Of a DNA stretch of 64,000 nucleotides, positions 38,320 to 47,919 are shown one piece after another. Both the position numbers and the translations under genes were made by a program. Origin of the DNA: an uncultured Nitrososphaerota archaeon (GTDB lineage: Archaea; Korarchaeota; Korarchaeia; Korarchaeales; Korarchaeaceae); assembly GCA_964594835.1 (NCBI GenBank), contig CAZQNA010000001.1:64001-128000 (forward strand). The letters are read 5' to 3'. The notes under the pieces were generated by a model, which was not told the origin of the DNA, searched no databases, and was given only the letters and a program-made list of their open reading frames with translations. Position 1 is the stretch's first letter; each line of letters begins with the position of its first letter.

Positions 38320-39559
38320 CGAGGTAAGGGACGTCGGCAGGCACCTCAGGTTCATAGTGCTCAGGACGTGGGACAGGAAGATCCAGCTGACCCTGAAGAG
38401 GGGGGTCACCCCGGACGACCTTTTTGACGTGACCGACGACCTGACCCAGGAGACCGTCCTGGTCGCGTACGGGGAGCCTGCGCCGGAGAAGAAGGCGAGG
38501 GCCGTGGACCTGGAGATAATCCCCGAGAGGATTGAGGTGTTGAGCAGGGCCGAGCCCAAGCTCCCGCTGGATCCCAACTGGAAGGTCCCCGCCCTGCTAC
38601 CAACGAGGCTCGATAACAGGCCTCTAGATCTTCGAAGACCTGAGGTCCAAGCCATATTCAAGATCACGGCATCCCTCATAAGGGGGATGATCGACTGGCT
38701 CGACGAGCACGGCTTCCTGATGGTCTTCACCCCCGCCATCATAGGGGGCGCGAGCGAGAGCGGAGCCGAGGTGTTCAGGGTAGACTACTTCGGGAGGGAG
38801 GCCTTTCTGAGGCAGGATCCACAGCTCCACAGGCAGCTGACCATACTGGGGGGATTTGAGAGGATATACGACCTTGGACCGAACTGGAGGGCCGAGCCGA
38901 GCCACACGACGCGTCACATAACGGAGTTCAGGTCTCTCGCCGTTGAGATGGCCTTCATCTCAGACGAGACCGATGTGATGAGGGTCGAGGAGCAGGTGGT
39001 CGTCTCGGGTATAAAGAGGGTCTTGGAGGAGAGGTCCAGGGAGCTCGAGCTGCTTGGAGTGGAGCTGGAGGCGCCGAAGACGCCCTTCCCCGAGCTCAGG
39101 TTCCCCGAGATCTACGACATACTGTCGCAGTACGGGAAGGAGATACCCTTTGGAAGCGATTATGACACAGAGTCGGAGGTCCTGCTGTGGAGATACGTCA
39201 GGGAGAAGCACGGCAGCGACTTCTTCTTCGTGAACAGGTTCCCCTTCGAGGCCAAGCCCTTCTACGTGATGAAGGCCGATCCCCCGTGGGCGAGGAGCGT
39301 GGACCTGCTGTACAGGGGGCTTGAGCTCAGCTCAGGCGGTCAGAGGGAGCACAGGTACGAGGTCCTCCTCGACCAGATCAGGGAGAAGGGGATGAGGGAG
39401 GACTCCATGGAGTGGTTCACCAAGTTCTTCCGCTACGGGGCCCCGCCCCACGGTGGGTTCGCCCTCGGCATCGAGCGCCTGGTGAAGCAGATGCTGAATC
39501 TGAGGAACGTGAGAGAGGCGTCACTGTTCCCGAGGGACCCTGACAGGGTCCTCCCGTGA
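38297..39559 (+). CDS. aspS: Aspartate--tRNA ligase (archaeal type)
   Basis: GWV...RD, RLDNRPLDLR, WRAEPSHTTRH, ELSSGGQREH, PPHGGFALGIER, FPRD. Confidence 0.92.
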   Translation: MKVGGWVSEVRDVGRHLRFIVLRTWDRKIQLTLKRGVTPDDLFDVTDDLTQETVLVAYGEPAPEKKARAVDLEIIPERIEVLSRAEPKLPLDPNWKVPALLPTRLDNRPLDLRRPEVQAIFKITASLIRGMIDWLDEHGFLMVFTPAIIGGASESGAEVFRVDYFGREAFLRQDPQLHRQLTILGGFERIYDLGPNWRAEPSHTTRHITEFRSLAVEMAFISDETDVMRVEEQVVVSGIKRVLEERSRELELLGVELEAPKTPFPELRFPEIYDILSQYGKEIPFGSDYDTESEVLLWRYVREKHGSDFFFVNRFPFEAKPFYVMKADPPWARSVDLLYRGLELSSGGQREHRYEVLLDQIREKGMREDSMEWFTKFFRYGAPPHGGFALGIERLVKQMLNLRNVREASLFPRDPDRVLP

Positions 39560-39580
39560 GTCGGGCCGGGCCCGACCGAC

Positions 39581-41158
39581 TCACTCCACTATCTCCCTCC
39601 CTATGGTCCTGTCCCTGAACACCTCCAGGACCATCCCCTCAACCCTTATGGGCTCGGTGCTCTTTGCGACCTCCACGGCGGCCTGGAGCTTGCTCTCGCT
39701 CTCCGCGAATATCTCTATCACGGCCTCCCCCGACTCGACCCTGTCCCCCCTCTTGGCGTAGATCCTCACCCCGGCGCCCTTGTCCCTCGGGGCCCCAGCG
39801 GCCCTCGCTATCCTCACGATGGCCCTGTTCGACACCGCCACAACGTAGCCGCTCATCTTCGCGGTCAGGACCGCCCTGTGATCGCCTACTGGCAGGTCCT
39901 CGGGCTTCACGTTGGGATCTCCGCCCTGCGCCTCGATTATCTCCCTCATCTTCTCGAAGGCCCTCCCGCTCTCCAGGACCTCCCTCGCCATCCTCTCCCC
40001 GTACCCAATGGGGGCGACTCCCCCCATCTCCAGGAGTATGCCGGCCAGGGAGAGAGACTTCTCGATTATGCTCCTGGACCCCTTCCCCCTGCTCATCAGT
40101 ATCTCGAGCGCCTCCTTAGCCTCGAGCGCCGGTCCGACGTACCTCCCGATGGGCTGTCCCCCGTAGGAGATCGCCACCTGCGTCAGTATGTTCAGCCTCT
40201 CTCCCAGCTCCACGAAGTTCCTCCCCATCCTCCTCGCATCCCTGAGGGACTCGACCTTGGCCTCGGGCCCGACCGGAATGTCCAGCACCATCCGCTTTAC
40301 TCCTGCCGCGAGCTTCTTTGACATTATTGATGCGTAGATCAGGCTCTCCGGATCCAGGGAGAGGGGGTACTCAACCTTCTCGATGAGTATCCCGTCTACC
40401 GGGGACAGGTTGGCGCTGGCCGCCCAGGCTATCACGCCCCCCACCCTCTTGGACAGCTCCACTATCTCCTCCGGCTTGAGGTCCACCGGGGCGAGGACCT
40501 CCATGGTGTCCACGGTTCCCGCAGGGCTCATTATGGCCCTGGTGCTGGTCTTGGGTATGACCAGCCCGGCCGCGGCAACTATTGGGACTATTAGGAGCGC
40601 GTCCTTGCTGTTCCCCGGGACCCCCCCAACGCTGTGCTTGTCCACGGTCAGGGTATCGCCGAAGTCCAGCATCGTGCCCACCTCCGCCATCGCCCTCGTC
40701 AGCGCCTCGACCTCGTCCATGTCGGCGCCGTGGAGCTGGAGGGCTGTCACGAAGGCGGCGAGCTCTACGTCGCTCAGGACCCCCTCGTAGACGTCTTTGA
40801 TGAGCAGCGAGACCTCCTGAGGGGACAGCCTGCCCTCTAAAACCTTCTTCCTCACCAGCCCGGCGGACTGGGGTGTCGGAACCACCTCGACGGAGACCTC
40901 CTCGCCATCCTCCAGGGGGAGCTTCTTCAGCACGTCCGCGAAGACCCCGACCTGGCCGGGTGGAGAGACGTCCTCGGAGGATGACACGCTCGCCAGGGCC
41001 ACGACTTGGCTGCCGTCGGAGCGAACGATCCTCACCCTGTCGTGCGGCGACATGCCAGCTCTCTCGGCGTCAGCCCTATTCAGAACGACTCTGAGCTCCC
41101 CGATCTCGACGGGAAGTCTCCTCACCTTGAGCGAGACCATGGAATCCAATCTCTCCAT
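39581..41158 (-). CDS. deoA: AMP (nucleoside monophosphate) phosphorylase
   Basis: N-terminal extension, DKHSVGGVPGN, PKTSTRAI..PAGT, SIMSKK, GPALEA, AGAP.DKGAG. Start may be ATG 41140. Confidence 0.92.
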   Translation of the reverse strand: MERLDSMVSLKVRRLPVEIGELRVVLNRADAERAGMSPHDRVRIVRSDGSQVVALASVSSSEDVSPPGQVGVFADVLKKLPLEDGEEVSVEVVPTPQSAGLVRKKVLEGRLSPQEVSLLIKDVYEGVLSDVELAAFVTALQLHGADMDEVEALTRAMAEVGTMLDFGDTLTVDKHSVGGVPGNSKDALLIVPIVAAAGLVIPKTSTRAIMSPAGTVDTMEVLAPVDLKPEEIVELSKRVGGVIAWAASANLSPVDGILIEKVEYPLSLDPESLIYASIMSKKLAAGVKRMVLDIPVGPEAKVESLRDARRMGRNFVELGERLNILTQVAISYGGQPIGRYVGPALEAKEALEILMSRGKGSRSIIEKSLSLAGILLEMGGVAPIGYGERMAREVLESGRAFEKMREIIEAQGGDPNVKPEDLPVGDHRAVLTAKMSGYVVAVSNRAIVRIARAAGAPRDKGAGVRIYAKRGDRVESGEAVIEIFAESESKLQAAVEVAKSTEPIRVEGMVLEVFRDRTIGREIVE

Positions 41159-41178
41159 GTCCTCCGCTTTAAATTTCT

Positions 41179-43671
41179 ATGAGGGGCATCTCCTCTGCCT
41201 TGGGATCTCGGAGAGATCCAATCGTTCTCCTGCTGGTGGCAGCCCTGGGAGTTCAGCTGATCGCGCCGACGTGTTCGGCCAGGGGAAGCCCCGAGGCCGC
41301 GACTCTGGAGGCCTTTCCAGGCTCACTCCTCCTGATACCCCTCCCCACCGGCGTCTCGACTGTTGAGACGACGATCCCGGGGGCAAGAATCCGGGTGGCC
41401 GAGTTCACCCACGTGAGCGTTAGGCAGAGGGCCGCAATCTCCACACCCTGGACTCCCACAGATATCGGCGATGGCCTGTGGGCTGTTCTAACCGGGTCCG
41501 ACCCACCCGCCGTCATGGTTGGGAGAAGGTACGAGTCGAGGGGGGTCCTCCGCCTGGACAACCTCCTCGTGGTGCCCCCAGGGGTCCTCGGGGAAGACCC
41601 CGCCGTCGGGGAGTTTGCATCCGGCGTCGAGGACTTCGAGTTCCACGAGCCAAACGGGACCCTGGTTCTGAGAATGGATGGGGGAGAGGTGCTGATCTCG
41701 GGGCTTTGCGACAACCTCACGGACTCTTGGCTGTTCCTCGACCGGGAGGGGGGACATCTGTATAGGCTCAAGGGGGGCGCGCTCGGACGCTACACCCTGG
41801 CTCGGACCACCCAAGTCAACGGGACATGGATCGCCTCCGTCTCCCGGGCGGTAGTCCTCATCTCCCCCCCTGAGGTGGGGAGTCCGGCGATCTACCTCCT
41901 CGACCGCAGGCTTGACGTCTCTAGCGAGATCCCCCTGCTCCCGGGACTCGACCTGGCTGCCGTGAGGCCCCCGTCAGAGAGTTCCGTAAGGGTGCTCTCC
42001 CTGAGCCTAGGTCGCAGGGCGGCGGCGCTGGTTTCGATCCCCGCGAACGTCAGCGTGAAGACGTACGATATCCTGGCGGACGGTCAGAGAAGGTGGAGGG
42101 TCAGGATAGTCCTACCGCCCGAGACCCCTGCGACTATCAGGCTTCCTGAGTCGCCAATGCTCTCCGGCTCAGAGGTCAGACTCTCCCTGCGACTCCCAGA
42201 GGGGGGCCCCCTGAACGCGACAGTCTGCCTGACGGGACCACCCATCTCGGCGTCCATCGTCGTGCCAGACGCCGAGTCCGGGGAGGTTCCCATGGTCATG
42301 GCGCTTCCTCACCTCTCAGAGGGCGGATCTGAGACGTTCGGGGCCCGTGTCACCGTGAACGGTGTATTAACGCTCTCTATGGGGAAGAGCCTGGGGGTCT
42401 TGCCCTCGATACAGCTCATCGGCCTCAACGGATCGGACGTGTACGCCAGGGCCGGCGCCCCGGTAAGGCTCGTCTTCGAGATCCTCAACAGGGGGACTAG
42501 GAACGCCACCCTGAGGGAGATCTCCCTGCACATTGGAGGGATGAACGCTACACTGCGCGGGCCGGCGAATCTTCCCCCCAACGGCGCCGGAGTCTTCCCG
42601 ATGGAGCTGAACCTGTCGCCCGGGGATTACACGGCCGAGGTGAGTTGTGAGGTCTTGGACGAGGGGTTCGGGATGTCCCTCGGCGCACGGCTCACGGGCC
42701 TGAGGATCCACGTCGTCGAAACGCCAATGAGCATTGGGGCCGAGGTCCCGACCAACCTCCTCCCCCTGGTCCCCTTCAAGGCGAGGGTCGATCTCACGTT
42801 CGGGGCCCCGGCACAGGACGTGAGGGTTAACCTAACGGCCCCAGAGGGCCTGCAGGTCAAGGGTAACCTCTCACTATCAGCGGCCCGCGTTTCCGCGAAC
42901 GGGACCCTGTCTCTCGACCTGAGGGCCGTCGCAGACAGATCAGGCTCATTCTCCCTCGCGGTGAGGGTGGAGGCAACCTTTCCCTGGGGGAGAGAGGAGG
43001 TGCAGAGGACCATAAACGTAACAGTCGGTAGCGTTCCCTACGCCTACGAGGCGGTGGGTCCGGGGAAGGTGGCCCCCGGGGATCTGCTCAACGTCTCCCT
43101 TCACCTCAGTGGTCCCCCGGGAGTCGCGACGGTGGGTCTCCCCGACGGGTTCCGGATAGTTGAGACGAGCGGGGTGGCCCTGGGGAATAGAACCGTTCAG
43201 TTCAGCCTTCCGGGCGTCGCCTGGATGGTCTTGAGGGCCGACGTGGAGCCGGGCTCCTACCTCATCCCTGTCGTTGTGACCGTGAACAACACGATAGTGG
43301 CGGGGGAGCCCCTCAGGGTCGTGGTCGCGGAGGAGCCCGGCCTCACCCGAGAGAGGCTGATAGGCCAGCTAACCGAACTCAGGAGGAGGGTAAGGACGCT
43401 TCGAGAGCGCTCCCTACTTCCATGGGCCTCCTCCCCCGCCGGGCTCGATCGGCTCGAGAGGGACCTGGAACTGGCGGAGCGGGAGATAGAGGCGGGGGAC
43501 TATGGCTCGGCCGCCGGCACCCTGTCGAGGATCGAGGAGGAGCTATCGGCGATCGAGTCTGCTCCGAGGCAGGAGCTGGACCCCCTCGTCCCCCTGACGA
43601 TAACGCTCCTGGCATCCTCGGCCCTCCTCCTGTGGGCTTCCGTGAGGTGGTGGGGGCAGGTTGAGGGCTGA
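41179..43671 (+). CDS. Large secreted glycoprotein (beta-sandwich domains, coiled coil, C-terminal TM); S-layer-associated candidate
   Basis: Signal peptide, about 16 N-x-S/T sequons counted by eye, heptad region, terminal TM helix. Confidence 0.72.
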   Translation: MRGISSALGSRRDPIVLLLVAALGVQLIAPTCSARGSPEAATLEAFPGSLLLIPLPTGVSTVETTIPGARIRVAEFTHVSVRQRAAISTPWTPTDIGDGLWAVLTGSDPPAVMVGRRYESRGVLRLDNLLVVPPGVLGEDPAVGEFASGVEDFEFHEPNGTLVLRMDGGEVLISGLCDNLTDSWLFLDREGGHLYRLKGGALGRYTLARTTQVNGTWIASVSRAVVLISPPEVGSPAIYLLDRRLDVSSEIPLLPGLDLAAVRPPSESSVRVLSLSLGRRAAALVSIPANVSVKTYDILADGQRRWRVRIVLPPETPATIRLPESPMLSGSEVRLSLRLPEGGPLNATVCLTGPPISASIVVPDAESGEVPMVMALPHLSEGGSETFGARVTVNGVLTLSMGKSLGVLPSIQLIGLNGSDVYARAGAPVRLVFEILNRGTRNATLREISLHIGGMNATLRGPANLPPNGAGVFPMELNLSPGDYTAEVSCEVLDEGFGMSLGARLTGLRIHVVETPMSIGAEVPTNLLPLVPFKARVDLTFGAPAQDVRVNLTAPEGLQVKGNLSLSAARVSANGTLSLDLRAVADRSGSFSLAVRVEATFPWGREEVQRTINVTVGSVPYAYEAVGPGKVAPGDLLNVSLHLSGPPGVATVGLPDGFRIVETSGVALGNRTVQFSLPGVAWMVLRADVEPGSYLIPVVVTVNNTIVAGEPLRVVVAEEPGLTRERLIGQLTELRRRVRTLRERSLLPWASSPAGLDRLERDLELAEREIEAGDYGSAAGTLSRIEEELSAIESAPRQELDPLVPLTITLLASSALLLWASVRWWGQVEG

Positions 43672-44689
43672 GGACAGGGGTCAGATAGCCGCCTGGTCCA
43701 GGATGTTCGCAGAGGTCTTGGACGAGGTCGACAGCGCGTTCCTGGTCTTCGGGCCTTGGCCGGACTCCATGGCCGCGACCGCCCTGGTCAGGAGGGCCGC
43801 CACCGAACAGGGCGTCGGGGTGTCCCTGAGGCCGGCCGTCCCCGAGGAGCTGCTCTCCGTCATCGAGGAGGCATTCGCCGAGGACTCGGCCCTCATGCTG
43901 GTGGACATCATACCAACTGGACCCGGCCCCCTGGGGGTGGCGGAGCAGCTCTGGGGTCAGGTCCTGATCTTGGATCACTACAACCCCGAAACGCCCAAGA
44001 TGCCCTCCAGGGTGATCAGGCTGAACCCGCTGAGCGCTGGAATGGGCCCCGTGCAGACATCAGAGCTGGCCCTCTCCGTCCTGAGGTACCTGTGCCCAGA
44101 CGCCCCCTCGGACCTGTGGGTGGGGAGACTCGGGTGCCTTGAGCCGGGGTCCAGCTGTCCCGGCCAGGTGGTCGGCGACGACCCCGAGATCTCCGAGGCC
44201 TACGATATCCTCCTCAAGGCCGTGGCGGCGGATCCCGAGTCCGGAGTAGTTCTAGGGGTCGCCGCCCTCGAAGAGTGCTCAGAGGATCCCTCGTGCCTGC
44301 TGGAGGGTAGATACCCGCTTTCAAAGGCCCTCTTGGAGCTCTCTGCCGTGGGTGGGGAGGCCCTGTCCTCCCTCCACCTGGCCAGGCCGCTCATCTCCTC
44401 GCGGAGGCTGACGGTGGTGCAGGTGGAGGACCCGCGGATCCGTCACGTATCCGCCGAGTACCTCGCGAGGACCAGCGACGTGGCGGGGGCCGCGTACTCG
44501 GACGGGGTCATGGCGGTTCTCTCCATGAGGACTCTGATCGAGCCCCTGGACCTGCCTTCCCTGGTCCACCTCTCGTTGCTGGACTTGGAGGGGAGTTACT
44601 TCGGTGCTGGGGGACTCGTGGAGGTCGCCGTGAGGGCCGAGCACTTGGAGACCCTCCTCAGGCGCATCTCGGAGCTGCTGGGGTCCTGA
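43661..44689 (+). CDS. Degenerate DHH/RecJ-like protein
   Basis: PDSMAATAL, LVDI, ILDHY, RLNP, and DHHA1-like LSMR in the expected order. Confidence 0.6.
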   Translation: MRAEDRGQIAAWSRMFAEVLDEVDSAFLVFGPWPDSMAATALVRRAATEQGVGVSLRPAVPEELLSVIEEAFAEDSALMLVDIIPTGPGPLGVAEQLWGQVLILDHYNPETPKMPSRVIRLNPLSAGMGPVQTSELALSVLRYLCPDAPSDLWVGRLGCLEPGSSCPGQVVGDDPEISEAYDILLKAVAADPESGVVLGVAALEECSEDPSCLLEGRYPLSKALLELSAVGGEALSSLHLARPLISSRRLTVVQVEDPRIRHVSAEYLARTSDVAGAAYSDGVMAVLSMRTLIEPLDLPSLVHLSLLDLEGSYFGAGGLVEVAVRAEHLETLLRRISELLGS

Positions 44690-44710
44690 GCACGGGCCGC
44701 ATCAATTTAT

Positions 44711-45091
44711 TTGGGTGACCACGCCCTCGCGGTCCCAGTAGACACCCGAGGGAGGTTCAGGGTTTTGCCCATCAGGGTCGCAGTGGCTACCGACGACGGG
44801 TCCGAGGTTAAGGAAGGGCCCTTCTACCAGGCCCGGTATTTCGCGATTTACGACCTAACCGGCAAGAGTCCAACTAGGGTGGAGCTCAGGGTGAACACTA
44901 GGAGGGGAAGGGGGGCCGTCTCTGCCCTGGAGGTCCTGAGGGACTGTGGGGCGATAATCTCGGGCGAGATGGACCCGGAGAGCAGGGACATAATCGAGTC
45001 CCGGGGGATAATAGCCCACGAGACGGCGAAGAGAACGGTGGAGTCTGCCGTCATGGAGATAGCCGAGGGTCTGTCCCGCCTCACTAGGTAG
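44711..45091 (+). CDS. NifB/NifX-family (iron-molybdenum cofactor-binding-like) protein
   Basis: RVAVATDDG, ARYFAIYD, DCGAIISG. Start may be about 44765. Confidence 0.7.
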   Translation: MGDHALAVPVDTRGRFRVLPIRVAVATDDGSEVKEGPFYQARYFAIYDLTGKSPTRVELRVNTRRGRGAVSALEVLRDCGAIISGEMDPESRDIIESRGIIAHETAKRTVESAVMEIAEGLSRLTR

Positions 45092-45132
45092 GGAGCCCCG
45101 GCGGCAGGCGACGCCTCTACCCCATCTGAGAG

Positions 45133-45648
45133 GTGGGAGAGATGTTGGTTGGGGTGATCTCCGACACGCACGACGATCTCGAGGCCATAGAAGTGGCCTA
45201 TCAGATGTTCGCGGCCAGGGCCGTGGACAAGGTCGTCCACCTTGGGGACCTGGTCTCCCCTTTCTCGCTGCGCCCCATCGTGAACAGCGGGATCCCCACG
45301 ATCCTGCTGAGGGGGAACAACGAGGGTGAGTTCAAGCTCGCCCTCGATGCCCTCGAGGGAGAGGTGACCTTCTACCCCTCCCCCGCCGAGACCTGGCTCG
45401 GCGACAGGAGGACCCTCCTGTTCCACGGCTTCGGATCTCTCGCCCTGACGAGGAAGGTGGCCCACCTCCTGGCCGAGACTGGGGACTACGAGGTGGTTCT
45501 GTACGGTCACACGCACGAGGTCGAGGTTGCGAGGGTGGGGTCCGCGCTGGTCTTGAATCCAGGCGAGGCCTGCGGGTGCCTGACGGGGAGGAGAACCGTC
45601 GCCATCTTGGACACGGAAGAACTCTCAGCGGAGATCCTGAGCGTGTAG
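45133..45648 (+). CDS. YfcE/MJ0936-family metallophosphoesterase
   Basis: SDTHD, HLGD, GNNE, FHG, GHTH, NPGE. Confidence 0.9.
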   Translation: MGEMLVGVISDTHDDLEAIEVAYQMFAARAVDKVVHLGDLVSPFSLRPIVNSGIPTILLRGNNEGEFKLALDALEGEVTFYPSPAETWLGDRRTLLFHGFGSLALTRKVAHLLAETGDYEVVLYGHTHEVEVARVGSALVLNPGEACGCLTGRRTVAILDTEELSAEILSV

Positions 45649-45744
45649 GGGCCGAAGATCAGGCCCAGCGGGGCGTCTGGCAGAGTAAAACCTGGAACCC
45701 AGCTCGCATGGTCTCCCGGCGGACGTAAAAATGGGAAGGGGGGA

Positions 45745-46938
45745 TCAGGAGACCCCCGGGAACTTCTCCTGGACGAACGCCCTGATCCTCTCCATGGCCT
45801 CCATGAGGTTCTCCTTTGAGGTGGCGAACGAGAGCCGGAGGTATCCCTCTCCTGGAGCCCCAAAGTCGGTGCCCGGGAGCAGCGCCACGCCCGCCTCCTC
45901 CAGCAGCATGGTCGCTAGTTCCTTCGACTTCACCCCCAGCTTCTTGACGTTCGGGAAGGCATAGAATGTGGCGGCGGGCTTGATCATGCTGAACCCGGGG
46001 ATCCTGTTGATCTCCCGGTAGAGGAGGTCTCTCCTCTCCTCATACTCCCTTACCATAATCTCTATCTCATCCCTAGGCCCCTTCAGCGCCGCAATTCCGG
46101 CCCTCTGGACGAACGACACGGGACAGGAGACCGTGTTGAGCTGGATCTTGGTTATCTTGTCGGCGACCTCCCTGGGAGCCACGACGTATCCCAGCCTCCA
46201 ACCCGTCATGGCATAAGTCTTGGAGAACCCGCTGAGCATGACGGCCCTCTCCTCGGCACCCGGGATCGACAGGATGCTCTCGTGCTTCTTTCCGTCGAAT
46301 ATTATGTCCTCGTAGATCTCGTCGGATATTATCCAAAGGTCGTGCTCCCTTGCAACCTCCACTATGGCCTCGAGGTCCTTCCTCTTGTAGACCCCGCCCG
46401 TGGGGTTTGATGGCGTGTTGATCACGATCACCTTGGTCTTGTCGGTGACGGCCTCGGCTATCTCCTCCCCGCTCGGAGAGAACTCCCTCTCCTCCTTGAG
46501 CACCACGGGCTTCACGACGCCTCCAACGAACTCGGTGACGCTCTCATATGAGGGATATGCCGGCATGGGTATTATGACCTCCTCCCCCGGGTTCACGAAG
46601 GCCATGAGCGCCGAGAAGATCCCAATCTTGGCACCAACGGTGACGACCACCTGGTCGGGAGACACGCTGACTCCCCTGCTCTGAGAGACGTACTCCGCTA
46701 TGGTCTCCCTCAGCTCCATTATCCCGGCCGAGGGAGTGTATCCCGTGAATCCCTCGTCCAGCGCCCTCTTGGCCGCCTCCTTTATGTGGGCTGGCGTGTC
46801 GAAGTCTGGCTGTCCGATCTCACAGTGGATTATCTTCTTCCCCTGCCTCTCAAGCTCCTTCGCCCTCGCGAGAACTATGAAGGCGCCCTCAACCCCCAAC
46901 TTGGACATCCGATCGGCGAAGCCGGGCAACGCGGACAC
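45745..46938 (-). CDS. Aspartate/aromatic aminotransferase class I
   Basis: IGQPDFDTP, NTPSNPTG, SDEIY, SKTYAMTGWRLG, YLRLSF. Confidence 0.92.
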   Translation of the reverse strand: MSALPGFADRMSKLGVEGAFIVLARAKELERQGKKIIHCEIGQPDFDTPAHIKEAAKRALDEGFTGYTPSAGIMELRETIAEYVSQSRGVSVSPDQVVVTVGAKIGIFSALMAFVNPGEEVIIPMPAYPSYESVTEFVGGVVKPVVLKEEREFSPSGEEIAEAVTDKTKVIVINTPSNPTGGVYKRKDLEAIVEVAREHDLWIISDEIYEDIIFDGKKHESILSIPGAEERAVMLSGFSKTYAMTGWRLGYVVAPREVADKITKIQLNTVSCPVSFVQRAGIAALKGPRDEIEIMVREYEERRDLLYREINRIPGFSMIKPAATFYAFPNVKKLGVKSKELATMLLEEAGVALLPGTDFGAPGEGYLRLSFATSKENLMEAMERIRAFVQEKFPGVS

Positions 46939-47003
46939 CCCGCGTGACCTCGCCGGATTTTTCTAAACCTTTTACACATCCACTCTGCCCGGTGGGAGCG
47001 GCT

Positions 47004-47915
47004 CTAAGTGGGCCTGCCGACGGCCGACAAGATCTCGTTCCACGTCGGAAGACCTCTCACAGCTCCAGGTACCTCCACGGTCTTTCCTGCCGCATAGTTT
47101 GCTGCCATCAGGGCCTCCCTAGTCCCCAGCCCCTTCAGCCTGGCCACCGTGTAGGCGCCGTCGAACACGTCCCCCGCGCCTGTGGTGTCCACCGCCCTCA
47201 CCCGTATCGCCGGAGCCCTCACCCACCCTCCAGACTCCAGGGCCGCGCTGCCGGCCTCGCCCATCTTGACGACGACCTCGTCCACGCCTAGCTCGTGGAC
47301 GAGCCTGGCTGCCAGCTCCAGATCGCCCGATCCGGTCAGGGAGGCCGCCTCTTTCTCGTTGAAGAAGGCCCGAAAGATCAGCCCGGTCTTGAGGAGTTCT
47401 ACGACGCTCTCCTTGCTCTTCGTGATCGCCGTCCACCCCGGATCCCAGGAGAGGCGGAGCCCGGCCTCGACGAGGGTTCCGACGACCTCTGGACTGACGC
47501 TGGATGCATGCACAACCTCGGCCGACCTGAGCGCCTCGACCCTCTCCTCCGTCAGGCCCTTGCCCAGCAGCAGGTTGGCCCCCCTGTACCTGATCATCCT
47601 CCTCTGAGAACCGGCCACATTGAGTATGACGACGAATCCGGTCTGAGCGCCCGGAACTACCTCGATCAGGTTGACGTCAACCCCCCGACTCGAAATCTCC
47701 CGCCTGTACACCGCCCCGAGGGGGTCGTCCCCCACGACGGCAAGGATCGCTGACTCCTCTCCGAGTAGGGCGCAGGTCGAGGCGAAGTTTGAGGCGCTGC
47801 CGCCGACGCTCAGGGACGCGCGTTCCGCGTCCGTGTCCTCGTCGGGTCCGGGAATCCCCGGGAGGAACACCGATATGTCCACGTTGGCGTTTCCAACCGC
47901 GGCTATCCTGGGCAA
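47004..47915 (-). CDS. PfkB/ribokinase-family kinase, possibly ribose-1-phosphate kinase
   Basis: GGSASN, NEKE, DTTGAGD; directly downstream of udp. Confidence 0.88.
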   Translation of the reverse strand: MPRIAAVGNANVDISVFLPGIPGPDEDTDAERASLSVGGSASNFASTCALLGEESAILAVVGDDPLGAVYRREISSRGVDVNLIEVVPGAQTGFVVILNVAGSQRRMIRYRGANLLLGKGLTEERVEALRSAEVVHASSVSPEVVGTLVEAGLRLSWDPGWTAITKSKESVVELLKTGLIFRAFFNEKEAASLTGSGDLELAARLVHELGVDEVVVKMGEAGSAALESGGWVRAPAIRVRAVDTTGAGDVFDGAYTVARLKGLGTREALMAANYAAGKTVEVPGAVRGLPTWNEILSAVGRPT

Positions 47916-47919
47916 GGCC

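Noticed and set aside
44711-45091. Nitrogen fixation inferred from the NifX-like gene
   Set aside because: This family is common in non-diazotrophic archaea, and no other nif genes are present.
45649-45744. Spacer containing CTGGAACCCAGCTCGC, resembling antisense to the 23S peptidyl-transferase region, plus small hairpins
   Set aside because: No recognisable C/D boxes, K-turn or correctly placed ACA. More simply a convergent terminator region.
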